Below, in pieces: positions 18,015-28,013 of a stretch of 64,000 nucleotides of DNA. The position numbers and the translations under genes were made by a program. How positions within the stretch are numbered: the first letter of the stretch is position 1; each line of letters starts with the position of its first letter. Below the pieces are notes generated by a model. That model worked only from the letters and a program-made list of their open reading frames with translations, had not been told where the DNA came from and ran no database searches. Origin of the DNA: Candidatus Eiseniibacteriota bacterium (GTDB lineage Bacteria > Eisenbacteria > RBG-16-71-46 > CAIMUX01 > VGJL01); the NCBI GenBank assembly GCA_041946735.1, contig JBHGAY010000015.1, positions 32,001-96,000 on the forward strand, in the 5' to 3' direction.

Positions 18015-19388
18015 TCAGGCTCTTCCCGCCGCGGCTCGCTCCTTCCTCTTTCTGTACGTTCGCGCCAGCTCGAAGAAGATGCCGAGGTCGCGCTCCAGGT
18101 GCGACTGCGTGCCGTCGAAATAGAAGATCCGGATCGGGATGCCGTCGTGGTCGCGGCTGATCTTCGGATAGACCGCCTCGCTCACGATCCCATTCATGCA
18201 GCTGAACGGGCTGATGTCGACGATGCCGTCGCACCCCTTCGACCAGAAGTAGACCGCCTTCCCGGCGGAGATCACCATCTCCCCGTACACACCCGATGCG
18301 GGGAGATACGGTTCGGCGAGATCCGTGACGATCTTCATCCTCTCCGGTTCCTCGCGCCCCTCGAAGAGCGCGTGGAACGGGGCTGCCAGCGCGTGTTCGT
18401 CACTCCGCTGGAACGCCTCCTTCACGTACGCGCCCAGCATCCGTAACGAAAATGTCTGCCCTGCGTAGCGGATCCATTTTCTCCGCTGCTCGAGATTCGT
18501 GTAGTAGATCCACTCGCTGATGTCCGAGATCCAGGCTTCGCCTCCCTGCGCCTCGATCTTGCGGACCATCTCCTCGTTGCTGAAGGTGTTCATCCGGCAG
18601 AAGATCTCGCCCACCACGCCGATCCGCAGCCGGTCCTCGGATCGTCGCGGGACCGACTCGAACGCGGCGGCCGCCTCGTCCATTGCCGACCGGAGCTTCG
18701 CGAGCGTCTCGCCCGCCGTCGCCCCACGTGTCTCGAGGATCGCGCAGACCGCGTCGATCGACCGGTCGTAGAGCCGGTCGGTCGTTCCCGCCTCGATCTC
18801 GTACGGTCGCACCCGCAACGTCGCCTTGCGGAGCAGGTCGGCGGCGACGAGGGCGCGCCACGACGCGCGCTGGACCGCCCGCGAGTCCATCCCCATCAGG
18901 TCATAGCCGCTGCCGCTCGTCGGGCTCACGATCGCCACGCTCTCTGCCCCGACCGAATCGAGCACACGGCGGAGGAACGGAGCGTACTGGCCGAAGCGGC
19001 ACGGCCCCGGAGCGGTCGGCATGAAGAAGGCGAGCCGCTCCTTGGGGATCGGGCCGTCCTGCACGATCCGCAGGATGTCTCCGAGAGTGGCGCGCTCAGG
19101 GAAGCACTCCTCCCCGGACGTGTGGCGCCCGCCGAGTTCGATGGTCCGGCTGTCGGACGGCGGGATCGGTCGAGCATCGACACCGGCGCCGCGAATCGCC
19201 GCGGCGACGCAGGTCGCGGCGGAGCCGCTCATCCGGGGGATGAAGAGAACGCGCTCGGCGATCGGAACGCCACCCGGCGCGCGATCGTTTCGCGGCCGGA
19301 CCGCGGCAGGGCGAGCGCGATCCGGATCGGCCGGCTCGCCGGCGGCTTCCGCCCTCGCGCCCTCGGGGATGCGCGTCGTATCGCTCAC
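18015..19388 (-). CDS. CoA-activase-associated protein (2-hydroxyacyl-CoA dehydratase-like C-terminal partner)
   Basis: SGEECFP, GPCRFGQY, IGVVGEIFCR, ISPFSCMNG; GTG with AAAGGAG RBS (alternative start 19415). Confidence 0.8.
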   Translation of the reverse strand: MSDTTRIPEGARAEAAGEPADPDRARPAAVRPRNDRAPGGVPIAERVLFIPRMSGSAATCVAAAIRGAGVDARPIPPSDSRTIELGGRHTSGEECFPERATLGDILRIVQDGPIPKERLAFFMPTAPGPCRFGQYAPFLRRVLDSVGAESVAIVSPTSGSGYDLMGMDSRAVQRASWRALVAADLLRKATLRVRPYEIEAGTTDRLYDRSIDAVCAILETRGATAGETLAKLRSAMDEAAAAFESVPRRSEDRLRIGVVGEIFCRMNTFSNEEMVRKIEAQGGEAWISDISEWIYYTNLEQRRKWIRYAGQTFSLRMLGAYVKEAFQRSDEHALAAPFHALFEGREEPERMKIVTDLAEPYLPASGVYGEMVISAGKAVYFWSKGCDGIVDISPFSCMNGIVSEAVYPKISRDHDGIPIRIFYFDGTQSHLERDLGIFFELARTYRKRKERAAAGRA

Positions 19389-19411
19389 AGGGAAGGAAGC
19401 TCCTTTCGTCC

Positions 19412-22400
19412 TCACCGCGACGGACCGCCCGCCTCGACCGACCCCGATCGCGACACCGACCCGGATCGCGTAGCCGCCCCCGGTGATCGGGAGGCGCCGA
19501 GCAGTGCTGCGGCCTCCTCGACGACCGCCGAAGCGCCGCCGCGACGCTCTTCGCCTCCGCCTGCCGCCGCCGCGGCGGCCGCCCCGCTCCATCGCCGCAG
19601 CATCCCCTGGCTGTCCAGGTAGGCCTCGACGCGCGTCAGCATGCCTGCGTCGTTCGCGTGGCCGTCGAACTGCAGGGTCAGGAAGGCGCGCCCGAAGGCG
19701 TCGCGGACGAAATGCTTGATGTAGGAGTCGGGGCCGCACTTGAAGTTCGTAATGTAAATGAGGTGGAGGCGCTCGCGGCGCGAGGCGACGATCGCCGCCG
19801 CGAGGATCTTCCTTCCATAGGCCCAGTACATGTTCGCATTGACCGCCTCGATGTCGGCGTCGCCGGAGGCGAGGAACTCGAGCGGCACCACGTTCGCCCC
19901 GTAGAGATCGCGGAGCTTGCGCGGCACGTCGAGGTTCACGACGGGGTCGAAGAGGTTGTACGGGCGGCCGGCCAGAAGGACGGCCGGCTCTCCGCTCGCA
20001 TCCAGCTCCCGCATCGCCGTCTCGCCCGCCTCTCGAATCCTCCTCCGAAAGAGGGCGAGAGCCTCCTCACCCGCGGCCAGGCCCCGCTTCACGGCCCCCT
20101 TCCGCACTCCATAGCGCCGGAGGGAATCGTGCAGCGGATCGACCAGCGCCCGCGGGCCGGCCTGGATGCGGAGTAGCGGGTGGACGATCCGTTTGGCCTG
20201 CGCCTCGAACCCGGCCGCCGCGCGCACGACGTAGGGGATCGTCATCCCCCAAGGACAGCAGAAGCTTTCGATCTCGTCGTGCGTCCGCTCTGTGTTGATC
20301 AGGTTCGGCAGGAAGACGAAGTCGGTCTCGGGCATTTCGAGCGCGAGCCGGACGTGGCCGTGGGCGACCTGGATCGGGAAGCAAGGCTCGGCGACCGCCG
20401 CCTCCACTCCATCGTGCGCGATCGATCGGTTCGTCTCCGGCGTCAGGCGGACCCCGAAGCCGGTCTCGCGCAGGAAGGCGTTCCAGAACGGAAACCGGTC
20501 GAAGAAGTAGAGGGAGCGCGGGAAGGCGACCGTGCCGCGTGGGCCGCTACCCGGCTCGTACCCCTCGAGGAGCCACTCCTTTCGCAACCGCACGAGATCG
20601 TCGATGACCGGCTCGTACTGGACCCGCGCCCGGCGCCTGTAGCGATCGCCGCACTGGTCGCCCCAGAACGTCTTCTCTCCCTCGACCCGGAACTCCTGCA
20701 TGTCGCAGCGGTTCTCGCACCCCTGGCACGTGAACTCCCGGATCCGGTAGTCGACGGTGCCGAGGTCCCATCCACGGAACCGCGATGGCGCTCCGGAATC
20801 CGCGTTCGCCTTCTCCCAGGCGAGCAGGGCCGCGCCCACGGCTCCGACGACTCCGTTGTAGGGAGGGACGATGATCTCCCGGTCGAGAATCTGCGCAAAA
20901 GCCGCTGCGACGGCGTCGTTGTAGGCCGTCCCCCCTTGGAAGAAGATCACGCCGTCGATCTTGCGGCCGCGCACGACGCGGTTGATGTAGTTCGTCGCGA
21001 CCGAGAGAGCGAGTCCGGCCAGCAGATCCTCGGTCGACGCGCCACGCTGCTGGTAGGCGTTGACGTCCCGTTCCATGAAGACCGTGCAGCGTTCGCCGAG
21101 GCGCACGGGGGAGGTCGACGCGAGCGCCCGGCTCGCGAACTCCCCCTTGATGCAGACTCCCAGCTCCTCCGCCCGCTCCTCGAGGAACGACCCGGTGCCG
21201 GCCGCGCACGCTTCGTTCATCGCGAAGTCGACGACGATCCCGTCCTCGATGCGGATGTACTTCGCGTCCTGCCCGCCGATCTCGAAGATCGTATGGACCG
21301 GTGAGCCGAGCATCGTCCGCGCGATGAAGCTCGCGCCGGTCTTGTGAGCGGTGATCTCGTCGTTCACGGTGTCGGCGCCGACCAGCTCACCGATCAGCTC
21401 GCGACCCGAGCCGGTCGTCCCGACGGCCCGCACGGCGATCCGTTTTCCCAGCTCGCCGCGCAGCTCCGCGAGCGCCGCGGTGACGACCTCGATCGGCCGT
21501 CCCTGCGTGCGCGTGTAGATCTCGCGCACGATCTGGCCTTCGCGCGTCAGAAGAACCACGTTCGTGCTGACCGACCCGATGTCGATTCCGAGAGCGACCT
21601 CGACCGGAGAGCCGTTCCCACTCGACGGCATCTCGTAAGGGAGCACGCGGTCCCGAAGCGCGATGACCTTGCCGAGGTCGAGCGGGCGGGCGCGCGGCAT
21701 CGTGTCCGAGCCGAGGGACGCCTCCGACACTCGCTCCAGATCGAGAGGATGGTGCACGGCGTCGCTCGCTTCGAGGATTGCGCATCCGATCGCGGCATGC
21801 GCCGCGTGATGCTCCGGGACGATCAGGTCTTCGTCGAGATCGAAAACGTCGCGCAGCGCGCGCACCACCATCCCATTGGCCGCGACCCCGCCGACGAGTA
21901 GAACCGGCGGCCGCGGGGTCCGTCCTTTCACTACGGCGGCTCGGAAGTTGCGCGCGACGGTTTCACAAAGTCCCCGGAGCACCTCCGGGGGCGAGTAGCC
22001 TTTCTGCTGCGCGTGGATCATGTCGCTCTTCGCGAAAACGGAGCAGCGCCCGGCGATCTTGGCGGCCCGCTCGCTCGCGAGCGCGATCGCGCCCAGCTCC
22101 TCGACCTCGTAGCGCAGTCGCCCTGCCTGCTGATCGAGGAACGAGCCGGTTCCGGCAGCGCAGTCTCCGTTGGTTGCGTAATCGGCGATCCCCAGCTCGC
22201 CCGATCCTGGGTCCCGCTCGAAGAAGAGCGCCTTCGAGGACTCCCCGCCGATTTCGAAGAGCGTCCGCACCTCGGGTGCCAGGGCGCGCGTCGCCGCCGC
22301 GAGGCAGCGGAAGTCGTTCTCTTCCGGGATTCCGAAGCGCTCGCGAAGCAGGCGGGCTCCCGAGCCGGTCACACGGACCCCGTCGAACGCGCGGCCGCCG

Positions 22401-22636
22401 GCGCTCTCCCGTATCCGCTCCACGAGGAGCCGGGCGGCCTCGAGCGGACGTCCGTGGGTGCGCCGGTAGGTGGTGACGCGGAGAGATGCCGGCCCTCCGC
22501 CGGGAAGCTCGATATCGAGGAGGTCGGGGGACCAGAGATCCCCCGACGGCTCCTCGCGACGCTCCCGATCCTCGCCGATCTTCAGCAGGGCGGCCTTGAT
22601 GCTGACCGCGCCGATGTCGAGTCCCAAGTACAGCAA
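19412..22636 (-). CDS. Acyl-CoA dehydratase activase (two BadF/BadG/BcrA/BcrD ATPase domains + DUF2229)
   Basis: LGLDIGAVSIK, EIGGESSK, CAAGTGSFL twice, GIDIGSVST, CQGCENRC, FKCGPDS; TTG with CAGGAG RBS. Confidence 0.9.
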   Translation of the reverse strand: MLYLGLDIGAVSIKAALLKIGEDRERREEPSGDLWSPDLLDIELPGGGPASLRVTTYRRTHGRPLEAARLLVERIRESAGGRAFDGVRVTGSGARLLRERFGIPEENDFRCLAAATRALAPEVRTLFEIGGESSKALFFERDPGSGELGIADYATNGDCAAGTGSFLDQQAGRLRYEVEELGAIALASERAAKIAGRCSVFAKSDMIHAQQKGYSPPEVLRGLCETVARNFRAAVVKGRTPRPPVLLVGGVAANGMVVRALRDVFDLDEDLIVPEHHAAHAAIGCAILEASDAVHHPLDLERVSEASLGSDTMPRARPLDLGKVIALRDRVLPYEMPSSGNGSPVEVALGIDIGSVSTNVVLLTREGQIVREIYTRTQGRPIEVVTAALAELRGELGKRIAVRAVGTTGSGRELIGELVGADTVNDEITAHKTGASFIARTMLGSPVHTIFEIGGQDAKYIRIEDGIVVDFAMNEACAAGTGSFLEERAEELGVCIKGEFASRALASTSPVRLGERCTVFMERDVNAYQQRGASTEDLLAGLALSVATNYINRVVRGRKIDGVIFFQGGTAYNDAVAAAFAQILDREIIVPPYNGVVGAVGAALLAWEKANADSGAPSRFRGWDLGTVDYRIREFTCQGCENRCDMQEFRVEGEKTFWGDQCGDRYRRRARVQYEPVIDDLVRLRKEWLLEGYEPGSGPRGTVAFPRSLYFFDRFPFWNAFLRETGFGVRLTPETNRSIAHDGVEAAVAEPCFPIQVAHGHVRLALEMPETDFVFLPNLINTERTHDEIESFCCPWGMTIPYVVRAAAGFEAQAKRIVHPLLRIQAGPRALVDPLHDSLRRYGVRKGAVKRGLAAGEEALALFRRRIREAGETAMRELDASGEPAVLLAGRPYNLFDPVVNLDVPRKLRDLYGANVVPLEFLASGDADIEAVNANMYWAYGRKILAAAIVASRRERLHLIYITNFKCGPDSYIKHFVRDAFGRAFLTLQFDGHANDAGMLTRVEAYLDSQGMLRRWSGAAAAAAAGGGEERRGGASAVVEEAAALLGASRSPGAATRSGSVSRSGSVEAGGPSR

Positions 22637-22819
22637 GAGAGGCGCTCCTGAACGGTCTCCCTGCCGCGCAGGTCGAGACCCGGCCGGTCCATACGAACGA
22701 GGGCGGCCAACCGGGGCTGAGAATACGTTCGGCCTGATGCGTTGGCAAGGACGCCCGACCGGTCGCCGCATCGCAGCTCCATGCCCGCCGATGCCCGCCG
22801 GCGGGCCGTGTCAGGCCCG

Positions 22820-22889
22820 GGCAGGCCGGCTCTCCTAGCACGCCGGCTCTCCGTGCGGGGTGCTCTCCTGGCAGGCCGGCTCTCCGTGC
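22820..22889. repeat. Short direct repeats GCCGGCTCTCC (3 copies)
   Basis: GGCAGGCCGGCTCTCC at 22820 and 22870; GCCGGCTCTCCGTGC at 22842 and 22875. Confidence 0.65.
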
Positions 22890-22948
22890 AGGCCGCTCCG
22901 GCTCGCCTTCGCGGCTGGCTTTCCCGGCTCGTTTCCGTGGCTCGCTTC

Positions 22949-23599
22949 TTAGCGAGGAGGCAGCGCAGAGCCGAGTTCATCGGCGAGGAGCCTGGCTTTG
23001 TGCGCCAGGTTCGCTGCGGCCTGGAGATCCTCGTGATCGAACGCCTTCCGGGCCTGGTCGATCAGGCCGCGCACGGTGCGAAGCTTCTGCTTCTGTTCTT
23101 CAGTCTGGACGCGGTCGACGGAGCGCGTGACCGACAGCTCGGCGATGCGCAGATCGTCCTCGGTCACCGCCTTCAGCCGCAGCTTCTCGGCATCGGTGAG
23201 TGCGACCGAGATCGACGACTGTCCAGCGCCGCCTTCCTCGAGGAGGGTATCCGCCGGAGAGGTCTCGGTCGTTTCGGACCCCGGCGGGCCCGCTTCGGCC
23301 TGCGGTCTCTCGCCCGGCTCGGCCGTCCGCCGTGAAGCGCCGTTGCTGCCCCCTCGAGAGGGCGCGCCGGTCGATCCCGATGCGCTCGAGGGCGGATGGA
23401 AGGCTGCGGAATCGATCGGGGCAGCTTCGGACTGCGCTCGGATCGAGTCGGCAATCTCGGCGGACCAGGTGGGAGGCGGGGGAGCATCCGGAGGACGGAA
23501 CAGCCTCTTCACGCTGCCGCATCCCGAGCCGCCAGCCGTGACCGCGAAGGCCAGAAGCACGGCGGGGGGGAGGAAGCGCCGTCCAAAGAGGCGGGTCAA
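22949..23599 (-). CDS. Hypothetical lipoprotein, coupled to the histidine kinase gene
   Basis: Hydrophobic signal with GSGC lipobox, Pro/Ser linker, helical C-terminus; TTGA overlap with upstream stop. Confidence 0.75.
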   Translation of the reverse strand: MTRLFGRRFLPPAVLLAFAVTAGGSGCGSVKRLFRPPDAPPPPTWSAEIADSIRAQSEAAPIDSAAFHPPSSASGSTGAPSRGGSNGASRRTAEPGERPQAEAGPPGSETTETSPADTLLEEGGAGQSSISVALTDAEKLRLKAVTEDDLRIAELSVTRSVDRVQTEEQKQKLRTVRGLIDQARKAFDHEDLQAAANLAHKARLLADELGSALPPR

Positions 23600-25449
23600 G
23601 CGGGCACGCCACGGGAATCACGCAACGGCGATCCCCGTCCCGCCGACAACCGTACCGGCACGCGCAACGTCACGGACGTTCCCTCGCCCACGCGGGACTC
23701 GATCTTCATGTCTCCCGCGTGCATGTGCATCGCCTGCATCACGAGCGCCAGGCCAACCCCCGTCCCCTCGCCGCGCGTCGTGAAGTAGAGGTCCGCGACC
23801 TTGTCGAGGTGCTCGGGGGGGATCCCGGGGCCGGTGTCGGAGACGACGATCTGAATCTCATTCCCCTCGGTGCGGCTCCGCACCAGGACCCGTCCCTCTC
23901 TGGAGGGGAGCGCCTGGATCGCATTGCGGACGACGTTCTCGACCGCTTGACGGAGCACCGATCGATCCCCTTGAGTCTCGGGAATCGCCGGATCCGGATG
24001 GAACTCCAGCTCCAGCCCGGCGAGGTTCGCCTCGGCTTCCATGCCCTGCTGGATCTCCTCGAGCAGATCGTTGACGTCGAGCGGAGCATACACGAGCTGT
24101 CGCAGGCGGGCGACCTTCAGGAAGCCGCTGACCGCGCGCTGCAGCCGCTGGATTTCGTCCTGCGCGGTACGTACGTGGCTATCGACCTCCTCCATGCTCA
24201 GATTGCGCGATTGCCGGAGGATGCCCAGCTCCAGGTTGATCGTCTGGAGCGGGTTGCGGATCTCGTGGGCCACACCGGCCGCCATCTGTCCGAGCCGGGT
24301 CAGCACTTTCGAATGGTCGATCAGTAGATGCAGCTCCTCGAGCGCCGTCGTCTCCTTGAACTCGATCAGGACGCCCGCGGGAGCGTCCGCGCCCGTGATG
24401 CGGTGACCGATCGCGACGTGCGCGGGGGCGTTCCCGGAGGGCGGCAACGGGACCGAGAAGGTCCCTTCCTCCGGTGATGCGTTGTCGTAGAGCCGGTCCG
24501 CCAGCACGCGCACCGGATGATCGGGCGCCAGCAGCTCATCGATCCGCTTCCCGCGCGAGGATTCGAGGTCGATTCCGAGGAGTCCTGCCGTGGTCGCGTT
24601 GATGAGAACGATCTCGCGGCGCGGGCCGAGCGTCAGGACACCTTCCCCGAGAAGCTCGACCGTCTTGCGGAAGGAGCCGAGATGCTCGCGATCCGCGCTC
24701 TCTTTCGAGAACTGCTCGGAAAGGAGGTTCAGGTCACGAGCGAGCTGGCTGAATTCGTCGACTCCCTCGGGGATCCGGCTCTCGTAGCGGCCCTCGCGCA
24801 TCGCGGCGACGCTCGTCTCGAACTGGCGGAGGCGGCGCGTGAGGAGATAGGCGAGCGCGAGGCCGAACAGCAGAGCCAGCCCGAGCTGGAAGCCCGCGGC
24901 GAGCGCCCCACGGCGAGCGACCTCCGCCATCCGCTCCTTCAAGAGAACGCTCGCGATCGCGATCCGGATCGTCGCGAACGGAGTGCCGTCCAGCAGCAGC
25001 GGGGTTTCGGTCTGGTAGACGTCCGCCGAACGGATCACGTCCCGGAAGAGGGCGAGCGTCTGCTGGAGCGTCTTCGCCTCGGGCAGCGGCGGGAGCGGGT
25101 CCGCCGGGCGGTCGACCATCCCCCGCTCGGTGCTGGCGATGACGACGTCGCTGGAATCACAAATCGCGACGAAGACGACGGCGGGGGCCTGAGCGGTCGC
25201 GGCCTGCATCACGAGTGGAAGACGGGGATCGGACCGGATGCGGCGGATCAGGTCTTCCCCCCGGTCCTTTCCGGCGAGCCAGCCGATCTGCAGCAGCGCG
25301 GACTGCGAGATCAAGGCGCTCTCGCTCCGGACTCCGTCGAGCGCCATGCGCATGACGTAGGTCATCTCGAGGAGTCCCGAGATCGAGACGAGGACGACGG
25401 CAAGCAGGAGCAGCGCGAGGATCTGGCGCGCGCTCCACTCGATTTTCAC
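23596..25449 (-). CDS. Membrane sensor histidine kinase (HAMP, PAS-like, HisKA, HATPase)
   Basis: VAHEIRNPL H-box, NVVRNAIQA, DTGPGI, GTGVGL; two TM helices; GTGA overlap. Confidence 0.93.
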   Translation of the reverse strand: MKIEWSARQILALLLLAVVLVSISGLLEMTYVMRMALDGVRSESALISQSALLQIGWLAGKDRGEDLIRRIRSDPRLPLVMQAATAQAPAVVFVAICDSSDVVIASTERGMVDRPADPLPPLPEAKTLQQTLALFRDVIRSADVYQTETPLLLDGTPFATIRIAIASVLLKERMAEVARRGALAAGFQLGLALLFGLALAYLLTRRLRQFETSVAAMREGRYESRIPEGVDEFSQLARDLNLLSEQFSKESADREHLGSFRKTVELLGEGVLTLGPRREIVLINATTAGLLGIDLESSRGKRIDELLAPDHPVRVLADRLYDNASPEEGTFSVPLPPSGNAPAHVAIGHRITGADAPAGVLIEFKETTALEELHLLIDHSKVLTRLGQMAAGVAHEIRNPLQTINLELGILRQSRNLSMEEVDSHVRTAQDEIQRLQRAVSGFLKVARLRQLVYAPLDVNDLLEEIQQGMEAEANLAGLELEFHPDPAIPETQGDRSVLRQAVENVVRNAIQALPSREGRVLVRSRTEGNEIQIVVSDTGPGIPPEHLDKVADLYFTTRGEGTGVGLALVMQAMHMHAGDMKIESRVGEGTSVTLRVPVRLSAGRGSPLRDSRGVPA

Positions 25450-26840
25450 GATCCGGCCTGCGCTCGGGTTTCGGCGCCCGCTCGATAGCTGCGCAGTTTC
25501 ATGTGCAAGGTCTTGGTGCTGATCCCCAGCAGACCCGACGCGCGCGTCTTGTTGCCCCCGCACGCTTCGAGGGTTTCGAGGATCACTGCCTTCTCTACCT
25601 CCGAGAGAGGGGTGCCGACCGAAACCGAGAGACTTCCGGCCTTCGTCGGGTTCTTCCGCACGCTCGGCCGCACCGCCGGGGGAAGTTGGGACGGCTGAAT
25701 CTCTTCCTCCTTGGAGAGGATGACGGCGCGCTGGATCGCATTACGCAGCTCACGGACGTTGCCGGGCCAGTCGTACTGCATGAGCAGCTGGAGCGTCTCC
25801 TCGGCAAAGCCCACGACCGGCTTCTGGTTCTCCTGCGCGTACTCTTCGAGGAAGCTCTGCGCGAGGAGCGGAATGTCCTCCGGGCGCTCCCGCAGCGGTG
25901 GAATGTGCAACGTGAAGACGTTCAGCCGGAAATACAGGTCCTCACGGAAATGCCCCGCTCCCATGCGCTGCTCGACATCCATGTTCGTTGCGGCGAGAAC
26001 GCGTACGTCGACCGGAGTCTCGCGCTGGCCGCCAACGCGGCGGACCTTCCGTTCCTCGAGGACGCGCAACAGCTTGCTCTGCAATGCGGCCGGCATCTCC
26101 CCGATCTCGTCGAGAAAGAGAGTCCCTTTGTCGGCGAGCTCGAACGTCCCCGGCCGCGACGCGGTCGCGCCGGTGAAGGCCCCCTTCTCGTGCCCGAAGA
26201 TCTCGCTCTCGAGAAGCGTCTCCGGAATCGCGGCGCAGTTGATCGCGACGAACCTCGCTGCGCTTCGGGGGCTCAGGTTGTGGATCGCCCGCGCCACCAC
26301 TTCCTTGCCGGTTCCGCTCTCTCCCGTAATGAGCACGGAGGCGGAGGAAGGAGCGATCTGATCGATCATCCGGTAGAGCTCGAGCATGGGAGGCGACTTC
26401 CCGATCAGACTCTGGAATCGTCCGCTCCGAACCATCTCCCGGCGGAGGTCCAGGACTTCCTGCCGCATCGACGCGCGCTCGAGCCCCTTGAAGATCACCG
26501 TCGCGAGGCGCTCCGGATCGACCGGCTTGACCAGGTAGTCGTAGACGCCGCGACGGGTCGCTTCGACCGCGCTGTCGATCGTGCCGTGCGCTGTAAGGAC
26601 AACGAGGGTCGCCTCGATTCCGCGGTCGCTCAGGTCCGAGATGAGGTCGAGCCCGCTCCTTCCCGGGAGCTGCAGGTCGGTGATGACGAGGTCCGGGGGA
26701 GACGTAAGTGCTTTCTGAAGTGCTTCTTCTGCGCCTTCGGCGAGGTCGACGGTGTGTCCCATCCCCGAGATGATCCGCGCGAGTCCCTTGCGGATCGGCT
26801 CCTCATCGTCGACGACGAGAATCCGAGTCTCCTTCGGCAT
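25446..26840 (-). CDS. Sigma54-dependent NtrC/AtoC-family response regulator
   Basis: ILVVDDE receiver, GESGTGKE, GAFTGA, WPGNVREL, Fis-type HTH. Confidence 0.95.
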   Translation of the reverse strand: MPKETRILVVDDEEPIRKGLARIISGMGHTVDLAEGAEEALQKALTSPPDLVITDLQLPGRSGLDLISDLSDRGIEATLVVLTAHGTIDSAVEATRRGVYDYLVKPVDPERLATVIFKGLERASMRQEVLDLRREMVRSGRFQSLIGKSPPMLELYRMIDQIAPSSASVLITGESGTGKEVVARAIHNLSPRSAARFVAINCAAIPETLLESEIFGHEKGAFTGATASRPGTFELADKGTLFLDEIGEMPAALQSKLLRVLEERKVRRVGGQRETPVDVRVLAATNMDVEQRMGAGHFREDLYFRLNVFTLHIPPLRERPEDIPLLAQSFLEEYAQENQKPVVGFAEETLQLLMQYDWPGNVRELRNAIQRAVILSKEEEIQPSQLPPAVRPSVRKNPTKAGSLSVSVGTPLSEVEKAVILETLEACGGNKTRASGLLGISTKTLHMKLRSYRAGAETRAQAGS

Positions 26841-27033
26841 GTGATCCCCCTCCCTGGAATCGCCGACGATACTCCAAGCCGGACCTGACCGGGAAGAAAG
26901 GTAACACTACGCACCTTTCATCCCGCAAGCACAAGCGTCGCTGGTCTCGCGGATGGACGAACTCCGGGACGCCTGGAGAGTTAAGGCGCTGAAGCAGATC
27001 AGCTTGCAGGCGCCTCCCTCAGCGTGCGCTCCA

Positions 27034-27049
27034 TGGCACGCCGCTGGTT
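27034..27049 (+). promoter_or_regulatory. Candidate sigma54 promoter of the OmpA lipoprotein gene
   Basis: TGGCACG-CCGC-TGGTT: perfect -24 element, imperfect -12. Confidence 0.4.
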
Positions 27050-27088
27050 AGTGCCTAAGGCATGGACCGAGTGCGAGGAGGTAACTGC

Positions 27089-27745
27089 GTGAGCAACTGG
27101 AGAGCGCCCGTCTGGATGGCCGTCGTTGGACTCAGCGTATTGGGACTCGGGTCGGGATGCGCCACCCGGGGTTACGTGAGAAGCCAGGTAGCGGACGCCC
27201 GAGCCGACCTTCAGCAGCAGATCGAAGATGTTCGGAACTCGTCCAGCCAGGCGCTCGAGCGAGCGGAACTGGCCTATGGGCAGTCGAACGAAGCCAAGGA
27301 CTTGGCACTCGGCCGCGTGGGATTCCATGAGGTAACCCAGTACACGTTGCGATTCGACTTCGACAGCGATGAGCTCGACGGTGAAGCGATAGAGACACTG
27401 AACCAGACCGCAGACCAGATCCAGAGCCGTCCTGATGTTCTGGTCGACGTGTATGGGTTCGCCGATCGGACGGGATCCGAACGATATAACTACGAGCTAG
27501 GCCAGCGTCGTGCGAACGAGGTGATGCGCTATCTCCTCGACCGCATGCCCAGCCAGCTGAACCGCTTCGCCGCGGTCTCCTACGGCGAGGACAAGCCTCT
27601 CGGGGAGCAGGAAACCCCCGAGGAACGGGCGGCCAACCGCAGGGTCGTGGTTTCTCTCATCGAAAGGGTCCCGTTGGAGCAACAGAACCAGGCGCAGGCG
27701 ATCCCCGAAGAGGTCCCTGAAGAGGGATCGCAGGCATCGGAATAG
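27089..27745 (+). CDS. OmpA-family peptidoglycan-binding lipoprotein
   Basis: GSGC lipobox; FDFDS, GFADRTG, NYELGQRRA, SYGE, NRRV; GAGGAG RBS. Confidence 0.92.
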   Translation: MSNWRAPVWMAVVGLSVLGLGSGCATRGYVRSQVADARADLQQQIEDVRNSSSQALERAELAYGQSNEAKDLALGRVGFHEVTQYTLRFDFDSDELDGEAIETLNQTADQIQSRPDVLVDVYGFADRTGSERYNYELGQRRANEVMRYLLDRMPSQLNRFAAVSYGEDKPLGEQETPEERAANRRVVVSLIERVPLEQQNQAQAIPEEVPEEGSQASE

Positions 27746-27784
27746 CGACCGAGACGCGATAGAAAGAGTTCGAAAAGAAGACGC

Positions 27785-27855
27785 GGACTCCTCCCGGAGC
27801 GGGACGTTGTGCATGCCCCTCGCCCGTCCCCTCTGCGGAGGAGTCCAAATTTTTT
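27785..27855 (+). terminator. Long hairpin with T-tract after the OmpA gene
   Basis: GGACTCCTCC...GGGACG/CGTCCC...GGAGGAGTCC followed by AAATTTTTT. Confidence 0.6.
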
Positions 27856-27862
27856 GCCCCGA

Positions 27863-27892
27863 TTGACGCCCTTCCCCTGGGTTCCCTACTCT
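27863..27892 (+). promoter_or_regulatory. Candidate sigma70 promoter of the dehydrogenase-citrate lyase operon
   Basis: TTGACG-N18-TACTCT. Confidence 0.5.
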
Positions 27893-28013
27893 CTCCTTCG
27901 TTCGCATGCACGGCGCTGCGGCGCCAGGCCGGCTGCCCGCGATTCCTTTGGGGGCCGGGAGGGTCGGGTTGGAGTCAACCGCTTGCGGCGCAAGCGGTTC
28001 GAGGAGGTGGATC

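Noticed and set aside
18015..22636. Split of the CoA-activase protein into two ORFs as a frameshift
   Set aside because: The second ORF has its own RBS/start and a GTGA overlap option; two-gene arrangements are plausible
22820..22900. Possible CRISPR or other spaced array (also 41926-41998, 7140-7205)
   Set aside because: Units are too short and irregular, have no unique spacers of constant length, and no cas genes are present
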